Source: an uncultured Methanotrichaceae archaeon (lineage in GTDB: Archaea; Halobacteriota; Methanosarcinia; Methanotrichales; Methanotrichaceae). From it: DNA of 64,000 bases. How positions within the stretch are numbered: position 1 is the first letter of the stretch; the number at the start of each line of letters is the position of its first letter. Positions 10,075 through 19,568 of this stretch are shown here, in pieces. Both the position numbers and the translations under genes were made by a program. Under the pieces are notes generated by a model, which did no database searches, was not told where the DNA came from, and worked only from the letters and a program-made list of their open reading frames with translations. The stretch covers positions 20,541 to 84,540 of the forward strand of contig CAZDLZ010000004.1 of assembly GCA_964506745.1 (NCBI GenBank), given 5' to 3'.

Positions 10075-11124
10075 TTAGGCCACCACCACTTGCTCCTCTA
10101 TGAGTTCAGCAGGAAGTCCGGCTTCTTTTCCTCTCACAATCTTCCTGATGTTGGAGACTTCAGTCTCTTTGCTTACCATATATCCGAGTACAGGCAAGAT
10201 AGATAACGGATGATAGTTTGAAAGAGCCCATGCATACCGGATGAGATATGCTCTCAACCTGGCTTCGACCCTGCTGACTGCATCCAGATCTACAGATGCT
10301 ATGTCCGAAATGGAGGACCAGAAGGGATATCCTTCAAGCCCGCGCAGGAACTCGCCGAAAGGCTGACCGGCCATGCGACTCAGCTCTCCATGCAACTTGC
10401 CTCCGGGGATGAGGTTCTCTAATATCACGGCTGCATCGACGCCTGCCTTGTTCATCCTGAAGAGGGTGATCAAATTTCTTATATCGACCTCTCTTCGAAC
10501 GTACTTGAGCAGCAGGCCTCCGCCCACAGATAGAGTGCCGCCCACGGCCCGCTCCATTCTGAAGTAATAGAGCTTGTCTAGGGCGTTCTCCAACGATGCC
10601 AAATTCTTGCCGTCGTATTGTGCCAGTGCGTTGGAATAGTCTGTTCCATCAAAGGCCGATATGATGTCGTTTATGGACTCCTTTTTGGCCAGCTCATCAA
10701 GGTATTCTGCAGATAACTCACCGGCAGGAACGAGATGTTTTATGATCTCGGTGTCGGTGGCCCCGTAGAACTTGCCGCGCAGGAGGGTCTTGATGTTCCA
10801 GACATCCCATCGCCGGAGGTACTCCAGAATCAGGAATGAAGGCTCATCTATTGAGACTTCTTCGAGTTTCCTGAAGGTCTTTGCCAGATTGGCAAAGGTG
10901 GCGTGTTCAATGAGTTCCACACCGGAGTAGTCCTTGGATAGCGCGTCGATCTCATCCTTATACTGGGTTTCTTCCAGGTAGCGGGCGATCTCAGACATAT
11001 CCATGTTCATCATCCTGGCATACATCTCTGCCGGGACGAGCTTGGTCTTCATCGCCCGGACTCTGCCCGTGATGTAAGCGTACTTCACCGGTGATCCGAA
11101 CTTCGGCAAACGTAGTACAGGCAT
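10075..11124 (-). CDS. atpC: A-type ATP synthase subunit C
   Basis: ~350 aa helical protein between atpE and atpF. ATG 11124 is preferred; GTG 11133 is an alternative start. Confidence 0.85.
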   Translation of the reverse strand: MPVLRLPKFGSPVKYAYITGRVRAMKTKLVPAEMYARMMNMDMSEIARYLEETQYKDEIDALSKDYSGVELIEHATFANLAKTFRKLEEVSIDEPSFLILEYLRRWDVWNIKTLLRGKFYGATDTEIIKHLVPAGELSAEYLDELAKKESINDIISAFDGTDYSNALAQYDGKNLASLENALDKLYYFRMERAVGGTLSVGGGLLLKYVRREVDIRNLITLFRMNKAGVDAAVILENLIPGGKLHGELSRMAGQPFGEFLRGLEGYPFWSSISDIASVDLDAVSRVEARLRAYLIRYAWALSNYHPLSILPVLGYMVSKETEVSNIRKIVRGKEAGLPAELIEEQVVVA

Positions 11125-11129
11125 CGTCC

Positions 11130-11678
11130 TCACCCGAATAAGATCCTGGAAACCTCTTTCATGCGGTTATTAAATACCTCACGCGCAAGAGTTTCGTAGG
11201 TTAAATCGTAACGTAGAGCTCCATCACTGCTCTCAACCACAGCGCCGCCTATGATGTCCAAGTTCCCACCGTATTTTGAGGCGAGAGAGGATATGAAGGT
11301 CTCATCTCTCTTGTTGGAGAAGACCTTCATTTCCTTGAGATCGTGAGGCTCGAGCAGCTTCTTGAGCATGGCTTCATTATCCTTCTTAGGAAGGCTTTGC
11401 AGCTTCTCAAGCAGCTTCGTCCTAGCCTGCTCAAGGAGATCCTTGTGAACATTCAACTCCGCTCTCTTGACCTCGAGATTGGCGCTGGAGATCTCCCTGC
11501 GCTCGATAGCCTCAACCGTGTGTCCAACCTCAGTTTCCTTCTTGGACTTTATCTCTGCGGCACGTTCCCTAGCTTCGTTGAGTGTCCTTGCAACCTCTTG
11601 GTCGGCTTCACCGGTTATCTGAGCGACCTTTTCCTTGCTTGTTGCCAGGACTGACTCAACCACTGCATCTAGTGCCAT
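11130..11678 (-). CDS. atpE: A-type ATP synthase subunit E
   Basis: 182 aa with a charged coiled-coil N-terminus. AAGGAG lies upstream. Confidence 0.85.
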   Translation of the reverse strand: MALDAVVESVLATSKEKVAQITGEADQEVARTLNEARERAAEIKSKKETEVGHTVEAIERREISSANLEVKRAELNVHKDLLEQARTKLLEKLQSLPKKDNEAMLKKLLEPHDLKEMKVFSNKRDETFISSLASKYGGNLDIIGGAVVESSDGALRYDLTYETLAREVFNNRMKEVSRILFG

Positions 11679-11708
11679 TGCCTCTTACACTCCTTGTAAT
11701 TGGCTAGC

Positions 11709-11975
11709 TTAGGGTGTAACGATGCCAGAGAAGGGTGTCCAGGCGAACATCAAAATCAGCGATACTGCGAGACCGAAGATGATCAGTGTCTCGGGCAGAA
11801 GCATAAGGAACAGACCCTTGCCCAAGAATCCAGGCTCCTCAGCCACAACGCCAACCACTGCAGCGCCGATACCCTGCTCACCCATACCAGCACCAATGCC
11901 TGCTAATCCGGTAGCCAAGCCTGCGCCGACAGCCAACAATCCATACAACGTTCCTGCATCTGCTACAACTGCCAT
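11709..11975 (-). CDS. atpK: A-type ATP synthase proteolipid (c/K subunit), single hairpin
   Basis: Two Gly-rich transmembrane helices with LPETLIIFGL in helix 2. AAGGAGGA (11985-11992) lies 9 nt upstream of ATG 11975; the track start at 11984 is a TTG. Confidence 0.9.
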   Translation of the reverse strand: MAVVADAGTLYGLLAVGAGLATGLAGIGAGMGEQGIGAAVVGVVAEEPGFLGKGLFLMLLPETLIIFGLAVSLILMFAWTPFSGIVTP

Positions 11976-12033
11976 TTTCCTCAATCCTCCTTTATATAAA
12001 CGTTATCCAATTTTTCAATTCGTTCTATCGAAT

Positions 12034-14076
12034 TCATGCTTTCAGGAACCTCCGGACATGTCCGAAGGGACTGTACTCCACTCCACCACCATGTGCGCTG
12101 TAGAACTTCGTGAACATCTCCACATAATGCAACCTGAGTGGATGCATGAAGGGAGACAAAATTCCCAGCAGGAAGTTGATGAAGTGCACTACGACTAGTA
12201 TCATGACACCAACGATTATTGCGGGTATCGTGAACTCAGCGCTGTTGGTCGCTCCGCCGCTCAGCATGGGCATTATGACATAGAAGGCCAGCTGGTTAGC
12301 AGCATACGCCAGGCCCACCGAAGCAAGGCCGATGGCTAATAACCTAAGATAGGATATCAGGTTGCTCACATAGAATGGCATGTGGGCAATGCTCATAGGC
12401 CCTTCCGGTCCCATTACCAGCATCACTATGGCGACTAAAATTACGACAGCACTTGCAATTACCAACATCATCTGACCTATGACGAGTCCAAGCACAAGCA
12501 ATCCAAAGAATATTTGGACGAGCATCACAGGAAGTCTCTCGAAATAGGCATGCTTCTTCTCGCCGTAGGCTAGCTCCGTCTTGATGCCCAAGATAGAACC
12601 AACGCTGCAGTGAATAACGCCTATGATGACACTAGTACCGATCAACAATAAAACGGCGTTACTTGCCAGCCGGTCCAGGGGGAAAATATCAATTCCTGGC
12701 CAAAATCCGATTCTTCCCAGCGAGCCAAAAACACCTTCACCGAAATAGAGGCCTGCAGCCTTTACAGCCTCGAGTTCATGGTGCGGCAAATGTCCCATGA
12801 TCTTGGGCCATAGACCTAAGGGGCCAAAGATCTCGCCGAAGAATATGCCGAATATGATAGCCCACACGCTGGAAATCAAAACGACGTTGATCAACTGCTG
12901 CCAGCCGGGTGTTTTGAACTTCCTCTTCAGAAGCACCATGGTCAGAAGCGCCATGACGCCGTAGCCGATATCACCCAGAATCATGCCGAACATGATAGGG
13001 AAGAATACGAATATCAGCAATGACGGATCGAACTCCTTATACTCGGGAATGGCGAACATCCTTGTTATCAATTCGTAAGGCTTGACCAGGCTGGGATTAT
13101 CCATCTGGGTCGGTATGTCTTCGCCCTTCTCGACAAGTTCGTCTGTCTCTTTATCTGCAATCAACGAAACTTCAAGCCTGCCGCCGGCAGCGCTCTCCAG
13201 CTCGCTCTTGAGCCTGCTGAACTGATCTGCTGGAACATACCCATCTATAACGAAGGCGTTGGCCGTCTCAGCAAACCTGAGTGGTACCTCTGTCTTCCGG
13301 GTCTGCATGGACAGATACTCGTCCGTTGCCAGCATCAGATCTTCGTACTGCTTCTTCATGTCGACCAGCTTCTTTTGGAGTGGCGCTTTTTCGCCTTCCA
13401 AGGATTTGATGCCGCCTTCAAGAGTAGCAATAGCCGAATCTACGTTGCCCTCCAGCCTGGGCACAGATGTCTCAGAAAACCCATGCTCAGAAAGGACTGA
13501 AGATACTTCGCCGGCCTTTTCTGCAGGCACAAATACCGCTACAAAAGTTGCATTCTTGGCGCTTCCGGTATAGATCTCATTTACCGGAGATACCCTTGCC
13601 ACGTCGGCATCAACAGGTGTTGTTGCTTTGCCGACGAAGGTCGCCAGAGAATCATAACCATAGTAAGCTTCTAAAGGCAGCGGCAAAACAGCCAAAGGAG
13701 TCAGAGCCTTAATCTGATCCTGGTTGGACTTTACTTCTGCGTCGATGGCAACGATACGCTCGAATGTAGCAGTAACATCAGCACCGACGTTATTAAGAAG
13801 ATTATCCATCTCCGATAGAATCTGGCTCTCTGGATACGTTTTATCAGGAAACTTCTTATTTAAATTAAGGTACCTGGTGACAGATCTAAGCTTAATGAGA
13901 TCCTCGGAGTATTCTTTGGCTTTGCCGATGGGCTTGCCCATCTCAAACTGAGGTTGGCTGCCATTATAGTTAACAATGTGGAGCAAGCGCAACTCATGCA
14001 GCTTTTCTACGACTGGAGATATTACGTTCTTTGACCCGGCGACGACAACACGACTCATCTTCACAGGTCTAAGCAT
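12034..14076 (-). CDS. atpI: A-type ATP synthase subunit I (stator/a subunit)
   Basis: 680 aa with a soluble N-terminal half and a polytopic C-terminal half. Confidence 0.9.
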   Translation of the reverse strand: MLRPVKMSRVVVAGSKNVISPVVEKLHELRLLHIVNYNGSQPQFEMGKPIGKAKEYSEDLIKLRSVTRYLNLNKKFPDKTYPESQILSEMDNLLNNVGADVTATFERIVAIDAEVKSNQDQIKALTPLAVLPLPLEAYYGYDSLATFVGKATTPVDADVARVSPVNEIYTGSAKNATFVAVFVPAEKAGEVSSVLSEHGFSETSVPRLEGNVDSAIATLEGGIKSLEGEKAPLQKKLVDMKKQYEDLMLATDEYLSMQTRKTEVPLRFAETANAFVIDGYVPADQFSRLKSELESAAGGRLEVSLIADKETDELVEKGEDIPTQMDNPSLVKPYELITRMFAIPEYKEFDPSLLIFVFFPIMFGMILGDIGYGVMALLTMVLLKRKFKTPGWQQLINVVLISSVWAIIFGIFFGEIFGPLGLWPKIMGHLPHHELEAVKAAGLYFGEGVFGSLGRIGFWPGIDIFPLDRLASNAVLLLIGTSVIIGVIHCSVGSILGIKTELAYGEKKHAYFERLPVMLVQIFFGLLVLGLVIGQMMLVIASAVVILVAIVMLVMGPEGPMSIAHMPFYVSNLISYLRLLAIGLASVGLAYAANQLAFYVIMPMLSGGATNSAEFTIPAIIVGVMILVVVHFINFLLGILSPFMHPLRLHYVEMFTKFYSAHGGGVEYSPFGHVRRFLKA

Positions 14077-14395
14077 GCAACAACCCCATAAACTCCTTTA
14101 TCAGATATTCAACTGCTTTGTCCAGCTTTGCGCTGGCGCTGCCGCTCATTGAGCTTACGTTCTTCTCACCGCTGCTAACGATCGATGCTTTCTTGGCTTT
14201 CACATCGCTATCAGCTTTGGCAACGCTCTTGTCATGGTAGTCCTGTGCATCCGACTCGGCGGATTTGACAAGGTTTGCAGCTTCAGTAGTGGCAGCGGCT
14301 ATCCTTTTTTCCTTCTCATCCAAGGCCCGCTGGACTGCTGCCTTGGCTTCAGCCTCTGCCGATTTAATTTTCGATAAGATATCGTCTCTAGCCAT
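14069..14395 (-). CDS. atpH: A-type ATP synthase subunit H
   Basis: 108 aa, Ala/Lys/Glu-rich helical protein, first gene of the operon. GAGGGA lies upstream. Confidence 0.8.
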   Translation of the reverse strand: MARDDILSKIKSAEAEAKAAVQRALDEKEKRIAAATTEAANLVKSAESDAQDYHDKSVAKADSDVKAKKASIVSSGEKNVSSMSGSASAKLDKAVEYLIKEFMGLLHA

Positions 14396-14497
14396 CTGAT
14401 CCCTCTACTTCTTCCCTCACTACACCTCTTTCGTTTTTCAAACAGCGCTACATCACTTTTGGCTCGTGATAAACGTTCAGATCCATCCTCATCTACC

Positions 14498-14505
14498 AAT
14501 ATAAA
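14498..14505 (-). promoter_or_regulatory. candidate TATA box for the ATPase operon
   Basis: TTTATATT on the minus strand, ~100 nt upstream of the atpH ATG. It is the only strong TATA-like element in 14396-14551. Confidence 0.3.
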
Positions 14506-14551
14506 CTCTTCGGTTTTGATTTGAGGAGGGGGCCAAGTATGATCTTTCTTC

Positions 14552-15715
14552 TTAGGAACCCCAAAATCTCAAGGCTGTTTCCAGCTCTTTGTGGTCTTTT
14601 GCGTATTCTTTTAGGGGAATATGTTTTAGCCAGGCATCCGCCGCCTGCACCATAGCCCTTGCACCGGCAGTAGTTCCGTCGGGATGACCGTGTACCCCTC
14701 CCCCTGCCTGGATGATGCAATCAATGCCGTAGCCGTCTAAATTTCCATGAACTTTGGCTGGATATACCCCGCCCGAGGCCACCGGGAAGACTCTCTTGTA
14801 GCCGTGCCAATCTCCTCGCAGAGCATCACGGGATAGGTCGTTTTCCAGGGTTTCGCGCGCCATCTTGCCCATGTAGCTTCCTGTATGCAGGTTGGTGCCT
14901 CCCGTCATGCGCACCAGCTTGGAGATGACTGGCATGGAAATGCCGTGCCCTTTGTCTCTGGTGAAGGCTGCGTGCATGGTTCTGTGCACATGTATGGGGA
15001 CCTGCATGTTCTTTGATAGTGCCTCCAGTGCAGAAAAGCCGCTGGTCAGGACATCGATCATAACCATGTTGGCGCCGTGATCGACAGCGGCTTGTGCCCG
15101 CTCCAAGATCTCCTCGCCCGCGGTAGTGACATTCACCGCATAGAAGGCCTTCTTGCCCGTCTCTGTCTCCACTTTGTCCAGGGCGCTCATGACTGCCTCC
15201 AGCCTTGGGATGAGCGGGCAGAAGCTCTGATCGGTCAGTGTCTCGTCGTCTTTGACCAGGTCGAGCCCGCCGCGAACAGCCGCTGCTGCCACGGCTGCGG
15301 TGCCGGCCGGGTCCAGACCCACCTTGGGCTTGACGATGGTGCCAACCAATGGACGGCCATAAACACCCAATATTTTTCGCGCGTCTTCAATACCAAAGCG
15401 TGGACCCTTGTGTGCAGAGAGCACGCTCTCCGGGAAGATGATATCCTGCAGGCGTACCTTTTTTAGATCACCCAGGCCGAAGAGATTTCCCGCCACCACG
15501 GAAAGGTACTGGGGAATATTTCCCGGCTCAAAGAGTTCCTCGGGAAAGCCTATCTCGACGTTGTCGCCCTCAGCCAGGATAACCCTGGCCGCGAGGGGGT
15601 TGTCCTGGCCCCGCACCGCGGTCCAGGTGCCGGTGGACTGCTCGGCGGCGATTGCTTCTGCCGCTTTTTGGATGGGAAGGTCTGTTTCCACATGATACTT
15701 TGCAATAAGTTCCAT
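14552..15715 (-). CDS. rbcL: ribulose-1,5-bisphosphate carboxylase large-subunit type, compact form III-like (387 aa)
   Basis: Motifs STGTW, AGNLFG, IVKPKVGL, VKDDE, HVHRTMH, LHTGSYMGK, PVASGG and AGGGVHGHP are all present. AGGAG lies 7 nt upstream of ATG 15715. Confidence 0.85.
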   Translation of the reverse strand: MELIAKYHVETDLPIQKAAEAIAAEQSTGTWTAVRGQDNPLAARVILAEGDNVEIGFPEELFEPGNIPQYLSVVAGNLFGLGDLKKVRLQDIIFPESVLSAHKGPRFGIEDARKILGVYGRPLVGTIVKPKVGLDPAGTAAVAAAAVRGGLDLVKDDETLTDQSFCPLIPRLEAVMSALDKVETETGKKAFYAVNVTTAGEEILERAQAAVDHGANMVMIDVLTSGFSALEALSKNMQVPIHVHRTMHAAFTRDKGHGISMPVISKLVRMTGGTNLHTGSYMGKMARETLENDLSRDALRGDWHGYKRVFPVASGGVYPAKVHGNLDGYGIDCIIQAGGGVHGHPDGTTAGARAMVQAADAWLKHIPLKEYAKDHKELETALRFWGS

Positions 15716-16026
15716 ATTACAGCTCCTGATGTCCATTCTCGGCCAGATAGACCCTTGCGCCATCAGGACAATTCCTTCTCAAAATGACATCGAGTCTTCA
15801 ATGGCCAATTCCGGAAATAGATGAGTCTCTGGCAGATATAAGAACTTCTGCCGAAGAGACTTAATACTGTGCAGTCCTAAAACTATTGACATTATATACC
15901 CCATCACTGGTGTATGGGAAAGAAGAACAAAATCGTAAGAGGATTGATGCACATTTTTTCGGTTGGGGCCAACATCTTTATTATTGAAGAAAACCCGACA
16001 TACTGCTAAAAATATCAGGAGAATCT

Positions 16027-16965
16027 ATGAGTGAAGGCATAAATGATCAGACTCGATACATCATAGATCTGAGGCGCCATATGTGGATGAGTGGCATCGA
16101 GGTGGAATTGCGGCGGCTCATCTGGCAGATTGCCGTGGTTGGCAAATATATTTCCGCAAAGATCCACGAATCCAACCGCAAGCTGGCCGGCTTCAAGAAT
16201 GTTTACGGCGAGGATCAGTTGGCGCTGGACCGCATTTCTGATGATATATTGAAAAATATGCTTAAGAACTCCGGATTTGTTCGCGAGTATGCCTCAGAGG
16301 AACTCAAAGATATCGTCACAATCGGTGAAGGGCGGGAAAAATATATTGTTACCGCCGATCCGTTGGACGGTTCTTCCCTGGTGGATACCAATCTGGCCAT
16401 CGGAACGATCATAGGCATCCACAAAGATTCAATATTTGATTGCGGGAGGAATTCAATGGTTGCTGCTCTTTATATTACGTACGGCCCGCTTATCACTATG
16501 ATTTACTCGGCCGGAAAGGGCGTGCATGAGTTCGTATTGGATCGCGAAGGAGAGTATGTCCTGTCCGAGGAAAATATCCGGCTCAATGAGAATGGTGCGA
16601 TCTTTTCACCTGGCGGTCTGCGAAAAGACTGGACGGACAACCATAGCAAGTATATCGAAAAGCTGGAGGCAGACGGCTACAAGCTGCGCTATAGCGGTGG
16701 TTTTGTTCCTGACATCAATCAGGTGATCATCAAGCGGGGGGGGGTATTCACCTATCCTGCACTGAAGAGATCGCCCCAGGGGAAGCTGCGGTTGCTGTTT
16801 GAACTTCAGCCCATGGCATTCATCGTGGAGCAAGCCGGCGGCAGGGCTACGGACGGAAAAGAGGATATTCTTTCCCTTAAAGTGACGTCCGTCAATCAAC
16901 GCTCGCCCATCTACATAGGCTCGTCTGCGGAAGTGACAATGGCCGGGCAATTCCTCTCGCAATAA
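16027..16965 (+). CDS. fbp: class 1 (bacterial/eukaryal-type) fructose-1,6-bisphosphatase
   Basis: Motifs GEDQLALD, DPLDGSS, LRYSGG, GKLRLLFE and EQAGG. AGGAG RBS. Confidence 0.85.
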   Translation: MSEGINDQTRYIIDLRRHMWMSGIEVELRRLIWQIAVVGKYISAKIHESNRKLAGFKNVYGEDQLALDRISDDILKNMLKNSGFVREYASEELKDIVTIGEGREKYIVTADPLDGSSLVDTNLAIGTIIGIHKDSIFDCGRNSMVAALYITYGPLITMIYSAGKGVHEFVLDREGEYVLSEENIRLNENGAIFSPGGLRKDWTDNHSKYIEKLEADGYKLRYSGGFVPDINQVIIKRGGVFTYPALKRSPQGKLRLLFELQPMAFIVEQAGGRATDGKEDILSLKVTSVNQRSPIYIGSSAEVTMAGQFLSQ

Positions 16966-16986
16966 AAACATTTCCGAGGAGCAGCA

Positions 16987-18381
16987 ATGATTTACGAGAA
17001 TAAGGATCAACTAAAGAATGGTTGCGAGTTCATACTAGCCTATGACGGCAGAGATGTTCGTGTCTTGAATGAATCCCAGTTTCGGGAAAAGTTGATTGAT
17101 GATTTGATCTATACGGCCGTTTTCAGTCCTGACCCTGCAACTAAGGAAGCAGCGGTTTTTCTGATTCGCCGGGGAGCTGCAAGCTTAGGAATCATTTCTG
17201 CGTCGATCCAATCCCTTTACGAAGCCATGGGCCGCAAGGAACTTTGCGGATTTACCGTTCCTGCAATCAATATCCGTGGCATTACCTACGATGTGGCGCA
17301 GGCCGTTTTCCGCGCCGCGATCAAAGGGAACGTAGGGCCTGTTCTCTTTGAAATCGCCCGTTCGGAAATAGGCTATACAAAGCAAAGGCCATTGGAATAC
17401 ACCTGCGCCGTTACGGCGGCGGCTGTTAAATCAGGCTGGCGCGGCCCGGTATTTTTGCAGGGCGACCATTTTCAGATAAACGCCAAAAAGTTCGCGGCGG
17501 ACGCAAAAAAGGAGACTTCTGCGGTTAAGGATCTAATTATGGAGGCGATTGTTGCCGGTTTTTACAATATAGATATCGATACTTCTACACTTGTTGATCT
17601 GTCGCAGCCCACAGTCAAAGATCAGCAGAGAACAAACTTTACGCTAGCGGCGCAGTTAACCACTCTGATTCGCGATCTTGAGCCGGAAGGCATCACTGTG
17701 TCAGTTGGTGGTGAAATAGGCGAGGTTGGTGGCAAAAACAGCACTGTCGATGAATTGCAGGTTTTCATGGACGGTTATCTGGAAGAACTTAAAAAGCGGG
17801 GCGTGTCTTTCAAAGGAATCAGCAAGATCAGCGTGCAGACCGGGACTACGCATGGCGGTGTGCCGCTGGCTGACGGTACGGTTGCGAAGGTCAAAATTGA
17901 TTTTGACGTGCTGGCGAGACTATCGGAAACCTCCCGCGAGCAATACGGCCTGTCCGGTGCCGTCCAGCACGGCGCTTCAACGCTGCCCGATGAGGCGTTT
18001 GACCGATTTCCTGCCACAGGAACGGCCGAGATTCATCTGGCTACCGGTTTCCAGAACATGATCTATGACAGCAAAGCTTTCCCGGCGAAGCTGCGGGCAA
18101 AAATTTATGATCTTCTGTTAGCCGACATGTCAGACGAATGGAAAGAAAAGGACACGCAGGAGCAGTTCATCTACAAAACCCGCAAAAAAGGCTTCGGCCC
18201 GTTCAAAATGGAGCTGTGGCACCTGCCTTCTGATGTCCGGGGCGAAATCTGCGCCGAGCTTGAGGGGCAATTCGCCTTTTTATTTGATAAGCTCAAAGTC
18301 AACGGCACCCGGGCTGTCCTGGATCAATTCATCAAGCCTGTTGATGTGCGGCAGGAAATGCCCGCGGCGCTGAAAGGCTGA
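16987..18381 (+). CDS. class II (metal-dependent) ketose-bisphosphate aldolase family protein, long form
   Basis: LQGDH, QTGTTHGG and VQHGAS match the spacing of class II FBA metal and substrate ligands. 464 aa. GAGGAG RBS. Confidence 0.6.
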   Translation: MIYENKDQLKNGCEFILAYDGRDVRVLNESQFREKLIDDLIYTAVFSPDPATKEAAVFLIRRGAASLGIISASIQSLYEAMGRKELCGFTVPAINIRGITYDVAQAVFRAAIKGNVGPVLFEIARSEIGYTKQRPLEYTCAVTAAAVKSGWRGPVFLQGDHFQINAKKFAADAKKETSAVKDLIMEAIVAGFYNIDIDTSTLVDLSQPTVKDQQRTNFTLAAQLTTLIRDLEPEGITVSVGGEIGEVGGKNSTVDELQVFMDGYLEELKKRGVSFKGISKISVQTGTTHGGVPLADGTVAKVKIDFDVLARLSETSREQYGLSGAVQHGASTLPDEAFDRFPATGTAEIHLATGFQNMIYDSKAFPAKLRAKIYDLLLADMSDEWKEKDTQEQFIYKTRKKGFGPFKMELWHLPSDVRGEICAELEGQFAFLFDKLKVNGTRAVLDQFIKPVDVRQEMPAALKG

Positions 18382-18404
18382 AGCAATCGCAGAGGGACGC
18401 CAAG

Positions 18405-19520
18405 ATGACAAAGGTCACTATCAGCTTAATTAAGGCCGATGTGGGCGGCTATCCTGGCCACTCTTCTGTCCATCCTGCATTGATTGAGACCGCACAGTTA
18501 AAGCTCTCTCAAGCCAAGAAAGCTGACGCACTGATCGACTTTAGGGTGCTTGCCTGCGGCGACGACCTCGAGCTTCTCATGAGCCATAAGAACGGCTGCG
18601 ACAACGGCGAGGTGCATGCTCTGGCCTGGGAGACCTTCGAGGAGGCCACAGAGGTTGCCAAGAAGCTCAAGCTCTACGGAGCCGGGCAGGATCTTTTGGC
18701 GGACGCTTTCTCCGGCAACATTCGCGGCATGGGCCCGGGCGTGGCCGAGATGGAGATCAATGAACGCACCAGCGAACCGGTGGTGGCCTTCATGATGGAC
18801 AAGACCGAGCCTGGTGCCTTCAATCTGCCCATCTTCAAGATCTTCGCCGATCCCTTCAATACCGCCGGCCTGGTGATAGATCCCGCCTGCCATCACGGCT
18901 TCACCTTCGAGGTCTGGGACATTCAGGAGCATAAAAAGGTCTTCATGGACTGCCCGGCCGAGATGTACGACCTTCTGGCTCTCATCGGTGCCAAGAGCCG
19001 CTATGTGATCAAGAGAGTCTTTTGCAAGCCGGGCAGCAAGATCTCAGAGCAGGAAGCTGTGGCGGTAGTGAGCACGGAAAAACTCTACCAGACCGCCGGA
19101 ACATACGTTGGCAAAGATGATCCTGTGGCTCTGGTGCGCTGCCAGTCCGGGCTTCCAGCCTTAGGCGAGGTGCTGGAGCCCTTTGCCCTGGGACACCTGG
19201 TCAGCGGATGGATGCGCGGCAGCCACAACGGTCCACTCATGCCCTGCTCCTTTGAGACGGCACACCCCACCCGGTTTGACGGCCCGCCCAGAGTCATTGC
19301 CGCAGGCTTCCAGATGGCTCATGGCCAGTTTGTAGGCCCGGTGGATCTCTTCAAAGACGTGGCCTTCGACCTGACCCGCAAGAGGTGTCTGGAGATCACT
19401 GATTACATGAGGGCGCATGGGCCCTTCGAGCCGGCGCGCCTCCCCATGGAGGACATGGAGTATACCACACTGCCCCATGTCATGAAATTGCTGGCGGACA
19501 GGTTTGTGAAGGCGGAGTAG
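18405..19520 (+). CDS. bifunctional fructose-1,6-bisphosphate aldolase/phosphatase (class V FBPase)
   Basis: MTKVTISLIKADVGGYPGH N-terminus, ~370 aa, typical of the archaeal FBP A/P family. Confidence 0.9.
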   Translation: MTKVTISLIKADVGGYPGHSSVHPALIETAQLKLSQAKKADALIDFRVLACGDDLELLMSHKNGCDNGEVHALAWETFEEATEVAKKLKLYGAGQDLLADAFSGNIRGMGPGVAEMEINERTSEPVVAFMMDKTEPGAFNLPIFKIFADPFNTAGLVIDPACHHGFTFEVWDIQEHKKVFMDCPAEMYDLLALIGAKSRYVIKRVFCKPGSKISEQEAVAVVSTEKLYQTAGTYVGKDDPVALVRCQSGLPALGEVLEPFALGHLVSGWMRGSHNGPLMPCSFETAHPTRFDGPPRVIAAGFQMAHGQFVGPVDLFKDVAFDLTRKRCLEITDYMRAHGPFEPARLPMEDMEYTTLPHVMKLLADRFVKAE

Positions 19521-19568
19521 CCGCCTTCTAAATCATTTAACTTAAATATCTCGAGAGATGACAGTACA

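Noticed and set aside
14552-15715. Possibility that the RuBisCO homologue is a non-carboxylating RuBisCO-like protein (RLP)
   Set aside because: All residues that RLPs typically lose are present (KPK, KDDE, HR, H..K, S-G-G, GGG). It is called a bona fide RuBisCO pending phylogeny and assay.
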